A stretch of 64,000 bases of DNA from Gammaproteobacteria bacterium (GCA_965238175.1 CBDEGZ010000003.1:1120001-1184000), one strand, 5' to 3'; numbered from the stretch's first letter, positions 11,757-23,177 are shown. The notes: a model not told the origin generated them from the sequence alone. A program made the numbers and translations.

Positions 11757-12563
11757 TTAGAAATATTTTTCTGAAATATTTAAAACAGGCAAGCCACAAT
11801 ATTCAGAATAGTTTTGCTTTGCAAAATTAATGCTTACCATGTCAGGTGATAGATGAATATCTGTATCCAAAATTTCCAATTTTTTCAATATCTCTTTAAT
11901 ACGTTTTTCGGCAAGCCAGGGTAGTGCGATGATAATATCATCGACCTGATTTTTTTCAGCATAACTGATCAAGTCGTCTATAGTTCCCAGTACTCGATTG
12001 TTACCAATTTTTGTCGGAACGCGAGAAAGCCTGTCTTCGTAAATACCAAGGATATGCATCCATTTTCTTTTATGCTGACCAATTATTTCGATCAAATTCC
12101 TAGCGTGTTTTTCTGCTCCAATGATAACGATATTACGATAAAATTTTCCGTCTTTGCCCCATTTTTCAATCATAAAGACATAATAAAATCTGATCGCAAC
12201 CAGCAAGGAGGTTAGACTTGTAAACCATAACGCTACCCAGGTACGAGAGAGTTGGTTGCTTATATCAAGAATGAATACGAGGCTTAATAAGCTACTTAGT
12301 AAGATAAATTGAGTAGTAAATAATTTAGTTAAGTTTTTCTGCGGTTTTACTATCGATTGAAATTGATAGAGCCCAAGTTTGTAAAAGCTGATATTTGTCA
12401 GCACGGTACTACTAAGTACTAAAAGAAAATAATAAATGGAGAAACCTTGTAACAGAAATAATGTGGAAGTTAATAAACCAGAGCCGCTAATTATGAATGC
12501 ATCAATGAGGGCGATAGAAGCTGGTGAAGATAAGAATGTTTTTTTCGAATTGTTGTTATCCAT
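11757..12563 (-). CDS. N-terminal half of a WcaJ-like undecaprenyl-phosphate sugar phosphotransferase; catalytic domain missing
   Basis: Four TM segments, IVIIGA Rossmann-like region and DDIIIALPW; ends at GLPVLNISEK, where the sugar-transferase domain normally begins. Confidence 0.7.
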   Translation of the reverse strand: MDNNNSKKTFLSSPASIALIDAFIISGSGLLTSTLFLLQGFSIYYFLLVLSSTVLTNISFYKLGLYQFQSIVKPQKNLTKLFTTQFILLSSLLSLVFILDISNQLSRTWVALWFTSLTSLLVAIRFYYVFMIEKWGKDGKFYRNIVIIGAEKHARNLIEIIGQHKRKWMHILGIYEDRLSRVPTKIGNNRVLGTIDDLISYAEKNQVDDIIIALPWLAEKRIKEILKKLEILDTDIHLSPDMVSINFAKQNYSEYCGLPVLNISEKYF

Positions 12564-12706
12564 AACGATTCTGAATTCCTTTTAGAATGATCCTGTTCAG
12601 AAAATGGTTTGCGCAAAAAACTGGCAAGCACGACTTCGTTAGCCTTATACAATAATATCATGCAGATCTGTTATCTAACGAAACTTTGTGTTAACTATTT
12701 TTAATC

Positions 12707-13597
12707 TTATTCCTTTTTCTTTCGTGCGCGAGGATGAGCTTGATCATATACTTGTGCTAATCGTTGAAAATTAAGATGAGTGTATATTTGAGTGGTGCTG
12801 ATATCAGAATGACCAAGTAATTCCTGCACGGCACGTAAATCCCCTGAGGATTCAAGCATATGGCTAGCGAAAGAATGACGAAGCATATGCGGATTTAGAG
12901 TGCCTGGTAATGCTTGTTTTATGCCCCAATGACGCATTCGTTGCTGAATCGAGCGTACTGAAATTCTGTTGCCGTTACGGTTTAAAAAGACTGCAGACAT
13001 TTCTTCTTTCAAGAATTCTTTTCGATAAGATAACCAGTTTTTGATCGCATCAATGGCTTTTTCTCCAATCGGTAGAAGCCTTTGCTTATTGCCTTTACCC
13101 ATCACCTGAATTTGTGCGGAGTTTAGATCCATGTCTTCAATATCAAGATCAGCAAGTTCAGAAACACGCAATCCTGAAGAGTACATTAATTCCATCATGG
13201 CATGGTCGCGTAGTGAAAGTGGATCATCCGACTTTATTTCTAGTAAAGTTCTTGTATCATCTGTGTTTAAAACTTTAGGCAATTTCTTTGGTGCTTTTGG
13301 GGCTTTTATTACTTCAGCAGGGTTTGAGGTACGCAAGCCTTCATCGATCAAGAAATCAAAAAAACGGCGCATCGAAGATAATGATCGTTGAAGGCTTCGT
13401 CCACCAATCCCCTGACGATGACGAGATGAAATAAAATTTCTGATTTGTGTTACATCAACTTCATTCCAGGAATACACACCATGTTTTTTAAGGTGGGAGA
13501 TTAAAATTTTCAGATCACGCTCGTAGGCAAGACGCGTATTTTTTGAACGATCAGAAAGATGGAGCAGAAACGTTTTTAGATCTGAATTGAGATCCAC
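12707..13597 (-). CDS. xerC: Tyrosine recombinase XerC
   Basis: GLRVSEL, GKGNKQR, HMLRHSFASH, LLGHSDISTTQIY; dapF-DUF484-xerC synteny. Confidence 0.93.
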   Translation of the reverse strand: MDLNSDLKTFLLHLSDRSKNTRLAYERDLKILISHLKKHGVYSWNEVDVTQIRNFISSRHRQGIGGRSLQRSLSSMRRFFDFLIDEGLRTSNPAEVIKAPKAPKKLPKVLNTDDTRTLLEIKSDDPLSLRDHAMMELMYSSGLRVSELADLDIEDMDLNSAQIQVMGKGNKQRLLPIGEKAIDAIKNWLSYRKEFLKEEMSAVFLNRNGNRISVRSIQQRMRHWGIKQALPGTLNPHMLRHSFASHMLESSGDLRAVQELLGHSDISTTQIYTHLNFQRLAQVYDQAHPRARKKKE

Positions 13598-13606
13598 AGT
13601 GATTAT

Positions 13607-14308
13607 CTACTTACGGCATTCATTGGGTAAATAAGGCATCAGTGCAAGTGTCACAATGTCCGCCATTTGTGAAAGTATTTCAGTTCCCATTCCTTGCTGA
13701 TAACGCTCGGGGCTTTGGCTGCCAATAGCCAATAAGCCTGTCCAGTTTTTAGCCAGAAGTGGAACTAGAACGGATGAGCCATATTCTGGTAATTCATCGG
13801 CAAACATGGCTCGATGTTGATCTTCATTTAGACGACCACAGATTGGCTTTTTACTCTTAATTGTCTCTTCAAATAGTGGTTTTTTTGACCAATCTTTTTC
13901 GACGAATTCTGGCAGATCAATTTTTTCTTCACTCATAATCTTTAAAACGATTTTGTCTGCTTTAAAATCGGAGACAAGAGATTTTTTGATCGTAGAAATT
14001 AATGATTCCATGTCTGAAGTATGGACTAATTTTTCGGCCAATATATGTAACCGTTCGGCTAACTGTCCATTTTCTGTCGCAATTTCGATCAATTCTTTTA
14101 ACTGATTTTTGTGTTGCCGGATCTGTTCTCGCAATACAGAAACCTGACGTTCGACTAAAGAAGTTGCAACGCCGGTGTTATGTGGAATATTTATTTCAGA
14201 CAGAAGGGAAGGGTTTTCTAGCAACAAATCCGGATGCGCACGCAAATAGGCAAATACTATTTCTGCACCTTCAGGACTCTTTTTTATTTTTTCTATTTCA
14301 TCAGTCAT
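13607..14308 (-). CDS. DUF484 (YigA-like) family protein
   Basis: YLRAHPD and SLVERQVSVLRE motifs; lies between dapF and xerC. Confidence 0.85.
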   Translation of the reverse strand: MTDEIEKIKKSPEGAEIVFAYLRAHPDLLLENPSLLSEINIPHNTGVATSLVERQVSVLREQIRQHKNQLKELIEIATENGQLAERLHILAEKLVHTSDMESLISTIKKSLVSDFKADKIVLKIMSEEKIDLPEFVEKDWSKKPLFEETIKSKKPICGRLNEDQHRAMFADELPEYGSSVLVPLLAKNWTGLLAIGSQSPERYQQGMGTEILSQMADIVTLALMPYLPNECRK

Positions 14309-14346
14309 TATTTTTTATTCCATACTTTCTGATCAAGAATGCAAGC

Positions 14347-15183
14347 TCAAGGGTTTAAATCAATCGTACCTTCAAATACTTTGGTCGCCGGACCGGTCAT
14401 GATCACGGGTTGACCTTCTCCAGCCCATGAAATTTGTAGCTGTCCACCGGGTAAATCGACGACCACCGTTTCATTCAATATATTCTGCATTATACCTGCA
14501 ACCGCTGCTGCACAAGCCCCTGTTCCGCAAGCCAGGGTTTCACCGACGCCACGTTCAAAAACGCGTAAACGAATATGATCACGGTTTAGTCGTTGCATAA
14601 ATCCCACATTGACTCGTTCCGGAAAGAACACATGCAATTCGATTAAGCTCCCGAGTGATTCCACGGGGGCGGCTGCTACATTTTCAACCTTCAATACCGC
14701 GTGTGGATTACCTATAGAAAGTGCAGAAAATTCTAATGCTTTATTATTTATCATTAATTCATAACTGGGTAACCTCTCAGTTGCAGCAAGGGGAATTTGT
14801 TCAGGTTCAAAACGAGGTACGCCCATGTTGACGGTTACCTGACCATCAGGCTGACAATGTAATTTAATGATGCCATTAGAAGCTTCAGCAATGATCTCAT
14901 TTTTCTCGATGAGACCATTTTCTTTAAGGTAGAGTGCAGCGCAACGCGCACCATTTCCACATTGTTCGACTTCACCTCCGTCTGCATTAAAGATCCGATA
15001 ATTAACATCAGCCTGATCGGTGTTCGGTGGTTCAAGTAATAATAATTGATCGCAACCGATTCCAAAGTGTCGATCAGCAAGTGTACGGATTTTCTCTGAC
15101 GTTAAATTAACGGGATCAGACCTCGCATCAAAGACAACAAAGTCGTTTCCTAAGCCATGCATTTTGGTGAAACGTGTCAACAT
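14347..15183 (-). CDS. dapF: Diaminopimelate epimerase
   Basis: FTKMHGLGNDF, CGNGARC and ERGVGETLACGTG; start placed at MLTRF. Confidence 0.95.
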   Translation of the reverse strand: MLTRFTKMHGLGNDFVVFDARSDPVNLTSEKIRTLADRHFGIGCDQLLLLEPPNTDQADVNYRIFNADGGEVEQCGNGARCAALYLKENGLIEKNEIIAEASNGIIKLHCQPDGQVTVNMGVPRFEPEQIPLAATERLPSYELMINNKALEFSALSIGNPHAVLKVENVAAAPVESLGSLIELHVFFPERVNVGFMQRLNRDHIRLRVFERGVGETLACGTGACAAAVAGIMQNILNETVVVDLPGGQLQISWAGEGQPVIMTGPATKVFEGTIDLNP

Positions 15184-15253
15184 ACGGATATGATAGCGAA
15201 AACAGCGGTTTAATGCTTGTCGTAACATGCATCAACCCTGACAATGCTTACCC

Positions 15254-16142
15254 ATGACTTTACAAATTCTGGAGATCATCTTTCCAATCTTTGCCATTGT
15301 TTTTACTGGTCTGATTTATGGCAAGCGATATTTACCGGACATGACCTTACTGAACCGACTTAATATAGAAGCGTTTATTCCAGCTTTATTGTTTGCTGTA
15401 CTCACTCGACATGCAGCACAAGCGGGATTTTATTTAGATCTGGTTTTAGCGGCAGTATTGGTCGTTATAGGTTCAGGTTTAATTGCGTGGCCTATCGCAA
15501 AGTTACTTAAAATTGATCCGAAAACGCTCTGTCCGCCGATGATGTTTGCGAATGCCGGAAACATGGGTTTACCTTTGATGGTAATGGCATTCGGGGAACA
15601 AGCTTTGCCGGCAGCGGTCGTTGTTTTTTTGATCGGAAATTTTCTACACATTTCTTTAGGAAGTTACATACTAGATCTGTGCTCGCATATATTTAGATGT
15701 GATTATTTCGCCGATGATGATCGCTGTCATATTGGCGACTTTGGTCAGTGTGTTGGGAATACATTTCCCGATTACGGTGATGAAACCGATTGAATTATTG
15801 GGTCAGATTTGTATTCCACTGATGTTGTTTTCTTTAGGTGTTCGGTTGGCTGATGTTAATTTTTCTGACTGGCGACTGGGTATTGTTGCGACTATTTTAT
15901 GTCCACTAATAGGCATTATTATTGTTTTGATTATGTTGCCATTTTTTGAAATGACAAAAACACAACAAGGCGTTTTATTTATGTTTGGAGCATTGCCACT
16001 GGCAGTGTTGAATTTCATGTTGACGGAACATTATGATCAAGAACCTGAACGTGTCGCGGCGATTGTTTTGATCTCAAATGCTTGTGCTTTGGTCACAATT
16101 CCGCTGGCTTTGGTGTATGCTTTGTCCAAGTTTGGTCTATAA
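15254..16142 (+). pseudogene. AEC (auxin efflux carrier) family transporter split by a frameshift
   Basis: ORF 15254-15793 has ANAGNMGLP; overlapping ORF 15699-16142 has SPMMIA and IPLMLFSLG; frame change near 15680-15697. Could be a sequencing error. Confidence 0.7.
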
Positions 16143-16153
16143 AAAAAATAACT

Positions 16154-18043
16154 ATGAATAGAAAAGTTTGTACGGTTATTCTTCTTGTTTTAGTTGCTAC
16201 AATATCCGCATGCGGTTCACAACCAACAGAACGATCTCACATAGAAGATCGGGCGATTGATCAAAATGTGAGCATAAATAATCGAAATTCGAGTGCATTA
16301 TTAGCCAGGGATCAGTATTCTCGTGGACAGTATAAAAAAGCCGCAAATCTTTATCGTGAGTTGGCCAACAAAGCTACATCAGGCATTGAAGGCGATTTTC
16401 TCCAGCAGGATTACCGCTTACGAGCCGCTGATGCTTATGCCAGAGATGGGCAAAATGAAGCTACACGTAACGAACTGAAAAAAACCAACCTAGAATTATT
16501 TGATAAAGATCAACATCTTTTATATAGAATCGTTAAGGCGCAATTGGCCATTAATGAGGCTCGATCGCGTGATGCATTTGGTATTTTGCCACGGGATGCT
16601 TCAAAATTAAGTATCGACTCGCAAATACGATTAGGTACTGTGCGAGCGGATGCATGGTTGGGTTTGAGGAGATTTTCCGACGCGGTGCTTGAGCGAATTG
16701 ATATTGACCGGCTTATTACCATTCCCCAAGAGAGAACGTTGAACCATCAATGGATTTGGAATCAGCTCCAAAAAATGCCGAGTAAAAATGTCTTTTCTCC
16801 ACCTAAAGGGATGACAAAAGATGATGCGGGCTGGTGGTCCTTAGTTGCCATTGTAAAAAAAGGCGGCGCACAAAAGAATCTCGGCAATCAAGGTGAGCTT
16901 GAGATCTGGAAACAAACGTATCCAGGTCATCCTGCGACGGAGGATATTTTATTTTTTATAGAAGGAGATCTAACAACACCAAATAGTACGAGAATGGCTG
17001 AGTTACCTGGTGAGCCGTATCATGGAACAAGCCTGGAAGGTACGCCTGGAAATATTGCGCTGTTATTGCCCCTTTCAGGAAACTATGCCGGTGCGGGACA
17101 AGCCATTCTTAATGGATTTAGAAACGCCGCAAATAATTCATATGCAGGCAATGTCAATTATAAGGTTTATGATTCTGCTGATCCTTCTTATTCACTGGCA
17201 GCGGTTGCAAATCACGTGGTCCGTGAGGGTGCTGAGATGATCGTTGGTCCTTTACAAAAATCTGTATTGTTAGAACTTTTATCTATCGGTGATATTGGTG
17301 TCCCGATCCTGGCTTTAAATACATTGCCTGATAATGCTGCAGGTTATGAAGGACTTTTTCAATTTGGGTTGAGCCCAGAAAATGAGGCGGCAGAAGTCGC
17401 TAGTAGAGCCTTACAAGATGGAAAATATCGTGCAGTGGTTTTAGCTTCGCAAGACCTGCTTGGAGAACGGATTGCTAATGCATTTATGCGAGCTTATGAG
17501 CAAGATGGCGGACGTGTGGTTGCTTACGATACCTTCGTACCAAAGTCGAATACTATTAGTGACGTGATGAAAAGATTGCTTCGTGCGGAGAGTTCAAACC
17601 CACTGTGGGAAGATATTCGTAATGGTACAGAACGCGTCTCAGATGATCAGCAGCATATCGATATGATCTTTTTCACCGCGTCGCCGAGAGACTCACGGAT
17701 CGTCAGACCCATCGTCCAGTTACATCGCGCTTATGATCTACCTGTTTATACCAGTGCTCGTGTTTACAATCAGCCGGATTCAACCATGGATAAAGATCTG
17801 AATGGACTGGTTTTTTGTGACATGCCTAATCGTTTATCGGGGCAAGCGATCAATAAAAATCGATTATCTGCGTTAGGGGCAGATGCTTATTTGTTGGTTA
17901 ACCGCCTGCATGATCTTGCCCTTTCACCAGGCAGTGGAATGCTTGGTGAAACTGGCACACTCAGTGTTAGGCCAGACGGTAAAATCTGGCGTAATCTTGA
18001 ATGTGCTGTTTTTCAAAGTGGGCAACCCGAGTTATTACCCTGA
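16154..18043 (+). CDS. lpoA: Penicillin-binding protein activator lipoprotein LpoA/LppC
   Basis: Lipobox ISAC after MNRKV; IALLLPLSG, IVGPLQK, FGLSPENEA and ALGADAY motifs. Confidence 0.85.
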   Translation: MNRKVCTVILLVLVATISACGSQPTERSHIEDRAIDQNVSINNRNSSALLARDQYSRGQYKKAANLYRELANKATSGIEGDFLQQDYRLRAADAYARDGQNEATRNELKKTNLELFDKDQHLLYRIVKAQLAINEARSRDAFGILPRDASKLSIDSQIRLGTVRADAWLGLRRFSDAVLERIDIDRLITIPQERTLNHQWIWNQLQKMPSKNVFSPPKGMTKDDAGWWSLVAIVKKGGAQKNLGNQGELEIWKQTYPGHPATEDILFFIEGDLTTPNSTRMAELPGEPYHGTSLEGTPGNIALLLPLSGNYAGAGQAILNGFRNAANNSYAGNVNYKVYDSADPSYSLAAVANHVVREGAEMIVGPLQKSVLLELLSIGDIGVPILALNTLPDNAAGYEGLFQFGLSPENEAAEVASRALQDGKYRAVVLASQDLLGERIANAFMRAYEQDGGRVVAYDTFVPKSNTISDVMKRLLRAESSNPLWEDIRNGTERVSDDQQHIDMIFFTASPRDSRIVRPIVQLHRAYDLPVYTSARVYNQPDSTMDKDLNGLVFCDMPNRLSGQAINKNRLSALGADAYLLVNRLHDLALSPGSGMLGETGTLSVRPDGKIWRNLECAVFQSGQPELLP

Positions 18044-18120
18044 AGGTTGATCCTAATATCGAACTGAATATTGGTTAAAAAGTTTTATCAGTTTTAATAG
18101 TCTAGTTTTGATCTAACCTT

Positions 18121-18603
18121 CTAATGGTCATGACCACCCGATCCATGAACGTGTCCATGTTCAAGTTCTTCAGCAGACGCGTCACGAACTTCAATGACAG
18201 TCACATCGAAATGCAAAGTCATGCCGGCTAGCGGGTGGTTACCATCGACAACAATCGTGTCTCCATCAATATCGGTTACGCTGACAACAGACTGTTGTCC
18301 TTCAGGAGATTGCCCTTCAAATTGCATGCCCACTTGAATATCCGCTTCCGGGGGAAACATCTCACGTGGAATACGCTGGATCTGCGCTAGATCGCGCTCG
18401 CCATAGCCCTCTTCAGGACTAATAACTGCTGTCACCTTATCACCCACTTCTTTATCTAACAACGCTTTTTCAAGGCCTGCAATGATATTGTGACCATTGT
18501 GCAGATAGGCGAAATTTCCATCGCTAGATTGATCGATGATATTGCCGTCATCGTCTTTAAGCGTGTAATCAATAACTGCAATAGCATCTTTTGTGATTTT
18601 CAT
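18121..18603 (-). CDS. slyD: FKBP-type peptidyl-prolyl isomerase SlyD
   Basis: VDGNHPLAG motif and His-rich tail HGHVHGSGGHDH. Confidence 0.93.
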   Translation of the reverse strand: MKITKDAIAVIDYTLKDDDGNIIDQSSDGNFAYLHNGHNIIAGLEKALLDKEVGDKVTAVISPEEGYGERDLAQIQRIPREMFPPEADIQVGMQFEGQSPEGQQSVVSVTDIDGDTIVVDGNHPLAGMTLHFDVTVIEVRDASAEELEHGHVHGSGGHDH

Positions 18604-18956
18604 TTTTATTGTACTTTTTGATTGATTGAAATCACACGATACAGGCTTTTGTTTAACCGATCAAAAACAGGAGTATTTATGAATTTTTATATTATAGATA
18701 GCGCAATCAAATGGGAGTTAGGTATTTGATAACCCAGATTTATTCTTACATATTCTTTGGTCTACAAATCTCTATTTTCGATCTGGTGTGCAAACTCGAA
18801 AGACATACAATTTAATCTAAAAACTCACAAAACACCCCAAATTTAGGGGGTAGTTCACCTCCTTTCCGGCGCAACATGCCTTGCCAGCAAGAATGATAGA
18901 GCCACTGATATCTGCATTTCCAGCTGGCACGGATATAGTCGTTATTCAAGCTTGTA

Positions 18957-21533
18957 TTATCCAGAGAAAGTCAACTCATCATCCTTAATGTCAACTGTGA
19001 TGGTTTGACCCGGTTTAAAATTCCCTGCCAGTAAATCTTTCGACAATGGAGTCTCCAAATATTGTTGGATCGCACGTTTTAGAGGTCGTGCGCCGTAGAC
19101 TGGATCAAATCCGGCTTCACCGAGTTTATCCAGTGCCGCTTCACTCACTTCTAAATGTAGGTTTTGTGATTGTAAACGAGTACGTAAAAGATCAATTTGC
19201 ACTTCTGCAATTGATCGGATTTGCTCTTTTTGTAATGAGTGGAAGACCACCGTTTCATCAATTCGGTTAATGAATTCGGGGCGGAAATGTTGTGATACGG
19301 TTTCCATTACCGCTTCGACCATCGCCTCGTAGCTTTCTTCATTCGTCATCTCTTGAATTTTTTCTGATCCTAAATTTGAGGTCATGACGATGACGGTATT
19401 TTTGAAATCTACGGTGCGACCTTGGCCATCAGTTAGGCGACCATCATCCAATACCTGCAATAAAATATTGAACACATCCGGATGGGCTTTTTCCACCTCA
19501 TCCATCAAGATCACGGAGTAGGGTTTGCGCCGCACCGCTTCGGTTAGATAACCACCTTCTTCATAACCGACATAACCCGGAGGTGCGCCAACCAGTCTTG
19601 CAACCGCATGTTTTTCCATAAATTCAGACATGTCGATACGTACCATGGCATCTTCTGTATCGAACAAAAATTCGGCCAGCGATTTACACAGTTCAGTTTT
19701 ACCGACACCGGTTGGTCCAAGAAATAAGAAAGATCCATTTGGTCGATCTGGATCAGAAAGGCCAGCACGTGAGCGACGGATTGCATCGGCTACTGCAGTG
19801 ACAGCTTGATCTTGACCGACCACACGATTATGGAGCGCTTCTTCCATGCGTAATAATTTATCGCGTTCGCCTTCGATCATTTTTGAAACTGGAATGCCGG
19901 TCCATTTTGAAACCACTTCGGCAACTTCTTCTTCGCCGACTTTATTCCGCAGTAATTGCATGTCCTGCATTTCTGCTTGCGATGCCATATCCAGTTGTTT
20001 TTCCAATTCCGGGATTTTGCCGTATTGCAATTCTGACATGCGATTTAAATCGCTGGCGCGATTGGCATTTTCAAATTCCAGACGAGCACGTTCCAGCTCT
20101 TCTTTAATATGTTGAGAACCTTGCAAAGCGGCTTTTTCTGATTTCCAGACTTCATCCAGATCGGAATACTCACGTTCAAGATCGCTAATCTCTTTTTCTA
20201 ATGTAGAAAGTCGTTTTAGTGACGCTTCGTCTTCTTCTTTTTTAAGTGCTTCAGATTCGATTTTGAGCTGAATTAAGCGTCGTTCAAGTTTGTCCATCAT
20301 CTCAGGTTTGGAATCGATTTCCATGCGGATCCGACTGCCGGCTTCGTCGATCAAATCAATCGCTTTGTCGGGCAGTTGTCGATCAGTAATATAGCGATGA
20401 GATAAGGTTGCTGCGGCGACAATTGCAGGATCGGTTATATCCACACCGTGGTGGACTTCATAACGTTCCTTGAGTCCACGTAGAATCGCAATGGTGTCTT
20501 CGACAGAAGGTTCATCCACTTGCACTTTTTGGAAGCGGCGTTCGAGGGCGGCATCTTTCTCAATGTACTGACGATACTCATCCAGTGTGGTTGCGCCGAC
20601 ACAATGTAATTCACCACGCGCTAAGGCAGGCTTGAGCATATTTCCGGCATCCATTGCACCTTCGGCTTTTCCAGCACCGACCATAGTGTGAAGTTCGTCG
20701 ATAAATAAAATGATCTGTCCTTCTTGTTTGGCGAGATCATTCAGAACGGATTTTAAGCGTTCTTCAAATTCGCCACGGAATTTTGCACCCGCAATTAATG
20801 CCCCCATATCGAGTGATAACAGGCGCTTACTTTTCAGGCCTTCAGGTACTTCGCCATTAACAATTCGTTGGGCAAGACCTTCTACAATCGCGGTTTTGCC
20901 GACACCAGGTTCACCGATCAGAACAGGGTTATTTTTGGTACGTCGTTGTAAAACTTGAATGGTGCGACGTATTTCATCGTCACGGCCAATCACGGGATCG
21001 AGTTTTCCTTGTTCAGCACGTTCGGTGACATCGACAGTAAATTTTTCAAGTGATTGACGATTTTCTTCAGCATTCGGATCATTGACTGCTTCGCCACCGC
21101 GCAGTTTATCAATAGAATTTTCTATAGCGGCTTTATTTGCGCCTGCATCTATTAGAATTGGCGTAAGTGGATTTTTAGTATCTTCTAATGCGGCAATCAC
21201 AAAAAGTTCGCTGGAGATATATTGATCTTTTCGTTTCTGGGCGATTTTGTCGGTTAGATTCAAAAGGCGTTCTAGATCACGCGAGAGATGTACATCACCT
21301 CCAGTACCTTCGACACTTGCAATATGATCAAGCGCATCGCCCAAACGTGAGCGTAATGAATTTGCATTCATACCTGATTGCGAAAGTAAGTGACGCACTG
21401 TGCCGCCTTCCTGATCGAGCAAGGCTGTCATTAGATGAACAGGTTCTATATATTGGTGATCACGACCCAGCGCCATGCTCTGAGCATCGGCCAGTGCAAG
21501 TTGGAACTTTGTCGTCATTTTATCTGGTCGCAT
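18957..21533 (-). CDS. clpB: ATP-dependent chaperone ClpB
   Basis: Two AAA+ modules ([16 protein letters not shown]) with a middle coiled coil; 858 aa. Confidence 0.97.
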   Translation of the reverse strand: MRPDKMTTKFQLALADAQSMALGRDHQYIEPVHLMTALLDQEGGTVRHLLSQSGMNANSLRSRLGDALDHIASVEGTGGDVHLSRDLERLLNLTDKIAQKRKDQYISSELFVIAALEDTKNPLTPILIDAGANKAAIENSIDKLRGGEAVNDPNAEENRQSLEKFTVDVTERAEQGKLDPVIGRDDEIRRTIQVLQRRTKNNPVLIGEPGVGKTAIVEGLAQRIVNGEVPEGLKSKRLLSLDMGALIAGAKFRGEFEERLKSVLNDLAKQEGQIILFIDELHTMVGAGKAEGAMDAGNMLKPALARGELHCVGATTLDEYRQYIEKDAALERRFQKVQVDEPSVEDTIAILRGLKERYEVHHGVDITDPAIVAAATLSHRYITDRQLPDKAIDLIDEAGSRIRMEIDSKPEMMDKLERRLIQLKIESEALKKEEDEASLKRLSTLEKEISDLEREYSDLDEVWKSEKAALQGSQHIKEELERARLEFENANRASDLNRMSELQYGKIPELEKQLDMASQAEMQDMQLLRNKVGEEEVAEVVSKWTGIPVSKMIEGERDKLLRMEEALHNRVVGQDQAVTAVADAIRRSRAGLSDPDRPNGSFLFLGPTGVGKTELCKSLAEFLFDTEDAMVRIDMSEFMEKHAVARLVGAPPGYVGYEEGGYLTEAVRRKPYSVILMDEVEKAHPDVFNILLQVLDDGRLTDGQGRTVDFKNTVIVMTSNLGSEKIQEMTNEESYEAMVEAVMETVSQHFRPEFINRIDETVVFHSLQKEQIRSIAEVQIDLLRTRLQSQNLHLEVSEAALDKLGEAGFDPVYGARPLKRAIQQYLETPLSKDLLAGNFKPGQTITVDIKDDELTFSG

Positions 21534-21571
21534 TGTAACTCTCCTTCAGAAGTTCTTAGGCTTTAATTCAA

Positions 21572-21599
21572 TAATGAGGCCAATTATTGAATTATCAAG
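21572..21599 (-). promoter_or_regulatory. Putative sigma32 promoter of clpB
   Basis: Minus strand CTTGAT-N14-CCTCATTA resembles consensus CTTGAA-N13/14-CCCCATNT. Confidence 0.5.
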
Positions 21600-21614
21600 A
21601 CAGAAGCGGATGAG

Positions 21615-22778
21615 ATGTTGAATCGGGCTACAATAGCGTGCATGAAAACACCCGCTTATATTTTTGATGAATTTAAATTTACTGAAAGATTGAAACAGTT
21701 TTCTGATCTGCGTCAGTCAAGGCGGTTTAAATTGTTATATTCGATTAAAGCCTTACCTTTACCTGTTGTTTTGGAAAAGATGCTGCCTTATGTAGATGGT
21801 TTTTCAGCCAGTTCATTATTTGAAGCAAAGTTGGCGAGAGAGGTGATAAAAGAGCAAGGCAGTATTCATATCACCACGCCGGGTTTGCGTTACGATGAAG
21901 TTGAAGAATTACTGGAAGTATGTGATTACTTAAGCGCCAATTCATTGAGTCAGTGGCGACGTTTTTCTGATCTTTTTCAAGAAAGTACATATGCAGGAAT
22001 TCGTATAAACCCTCAACTTTCCTTTCTTCAAGATAAGCGTTTTGATCCTTGTCGATCGTTTTCTAAACTTGGTGTAAGCATTGCTCAATTCCAGAATCAA
22101 GATGAAGATTTTGAGGGGTTATCAGGACTACACTTTCACACAATGTTTGGATCAGAAAGTGTCGATCCATTAGAAAAAACCATCAAAAAGATTGAAAATA
22201 AGTTAGGTGATATTTTACATAAGTTGGAGTGGATTAATCTTGGTGGGGGTTATGTTTTCAAGGATAAAAAATCATTTTATAAGTTTGAGAAAATCATTCG
22301 TAAACTGATCGAAAGTTATGATCTAACGGTCTTTTTTGAACCCGGCAAAGGTATTGTTGGAGATGCAGGAGAGTTGATCACAGAGGTTATCGATTTGTTC
22401 GAGAGTGATGGAAAAAGGATTGCGGTTTTAGATACTTCTGTTTGTCAACATCCCGAGATTTTCGAGTATCAAATAACCCCTGATATCAGAGAATCAATTT
22501 CTGATGCAGAACACGACTATCTTCTTGCGGGTGCCAGCTGTAAAAGTGGTGATTTATTTGGTGAGCACAGTTTTCCCAAACCTTTAGAAATTGGGTCAAG
22601 GCTGACAATGCAAGGTGTTGGTGCTTATACTTTGGTCAAAGCTAGTCGTTTTAATGGTATTAATTTGCCAGATGTCTATCTGCGCAATATTGAAGGTGAT
22701 CTTCAATTATTAAAACAATATCGTTTTGAAGATTATCAACGTTTCTGGGGGCACTCTAAATTAATGAATAACATTTAA
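21615..22778 (+). CDS. Carboxynorspermidine decarboxylase-like PLP enzyme (Orn/DAP/Arg decarboxylase fold)
   Basis: TPAYIFD, YSIKA, SSLFEAKLA, GLHFHT and WINLGGG motifs; true start may be 21642 (MKTPAY). Confidence 0.7.
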   Translation: MLNRATIACMKTPAYIFDEFKFTERLKQFSDLRQSRRFKLLYSIKALPLPVVLEKMLPYVDGFSASSLFEAKLAREVIKEQGSIHITTPGLRYDEVEELLEVCDYLSANSLSQWRRFSDLFQESTYAGIRINPQLSFLQDKRFDPCRSFSKLGVSIAQFQNQDEDFEGLSGLHFHTMFGSESVDPLEKTIKKIENKLGDILHKLEWINLGGGYVFKDKKSFYKFEKIIRKLIESYDLTVFFEPGKGIVGDAGELITEVIDLFESDGKRIAVLDTSVCQHPEIFEYQITPDIRESISDAEHDYLLAGASCKSGDLFGEHSFPKPLEIGSRLTMQGVGAYTLVKASRFNGINLPDVYLRNIEGDLQLLKQYRFEDYQRFWGHSKLMNNI

Positions 22779-23177
22779 TCAAGAAGCGCTTGATGATGCT
22801 TGCTATCAAGGACAAGAGATGGGATTTGATGGTAAGTCTTTAATCCATTCCAAAACAATAAGGACGGTCAATAAAGCCTTTAGATCCAGTACTGAAGATC
22901 CAGTACTGAAAAAGTATCAATATGGTGGAGAGAGTTATTGATGCTCATGCCAAAGTCACTGTAAGAGGTGAGGGTGTGGTAGTGCTAGACGACCATATGT
23001 TGAGGGAGCGTATCGAACATTATTGTTAGCGAATGTCATCGCAGAAATGGAGAGTAACTTTGTCAGTTAAAAGCATCAAGTAATAAGCACTCCTGCCGCC
23101 ATCCTTCTTGATATGAGAGCAAACACCAAGGAAATAAAATCTGAAAATGTCTACGTGGACATAAGGCGATTAGGAAG

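Noticed and set aside
12707-13597. Phage or integron integrase
   Set aside because: Sequence and dapF-DUF484 synteny identify housekeeping XerC; no attC or att sites are seen.
18622-18635. FNR-like site TTGAT-N4-ATCAC upstream of slyD
   Set aside because: One mismatch, only about 20 bp from the start codon, in AT-rich sequence; insufficient support.
22882-22909. 14-bp tandem duplication AGATCCAGTACTGA x2
   Set aside because: Only two units with no associated element; most likely a slippage event or footprint.
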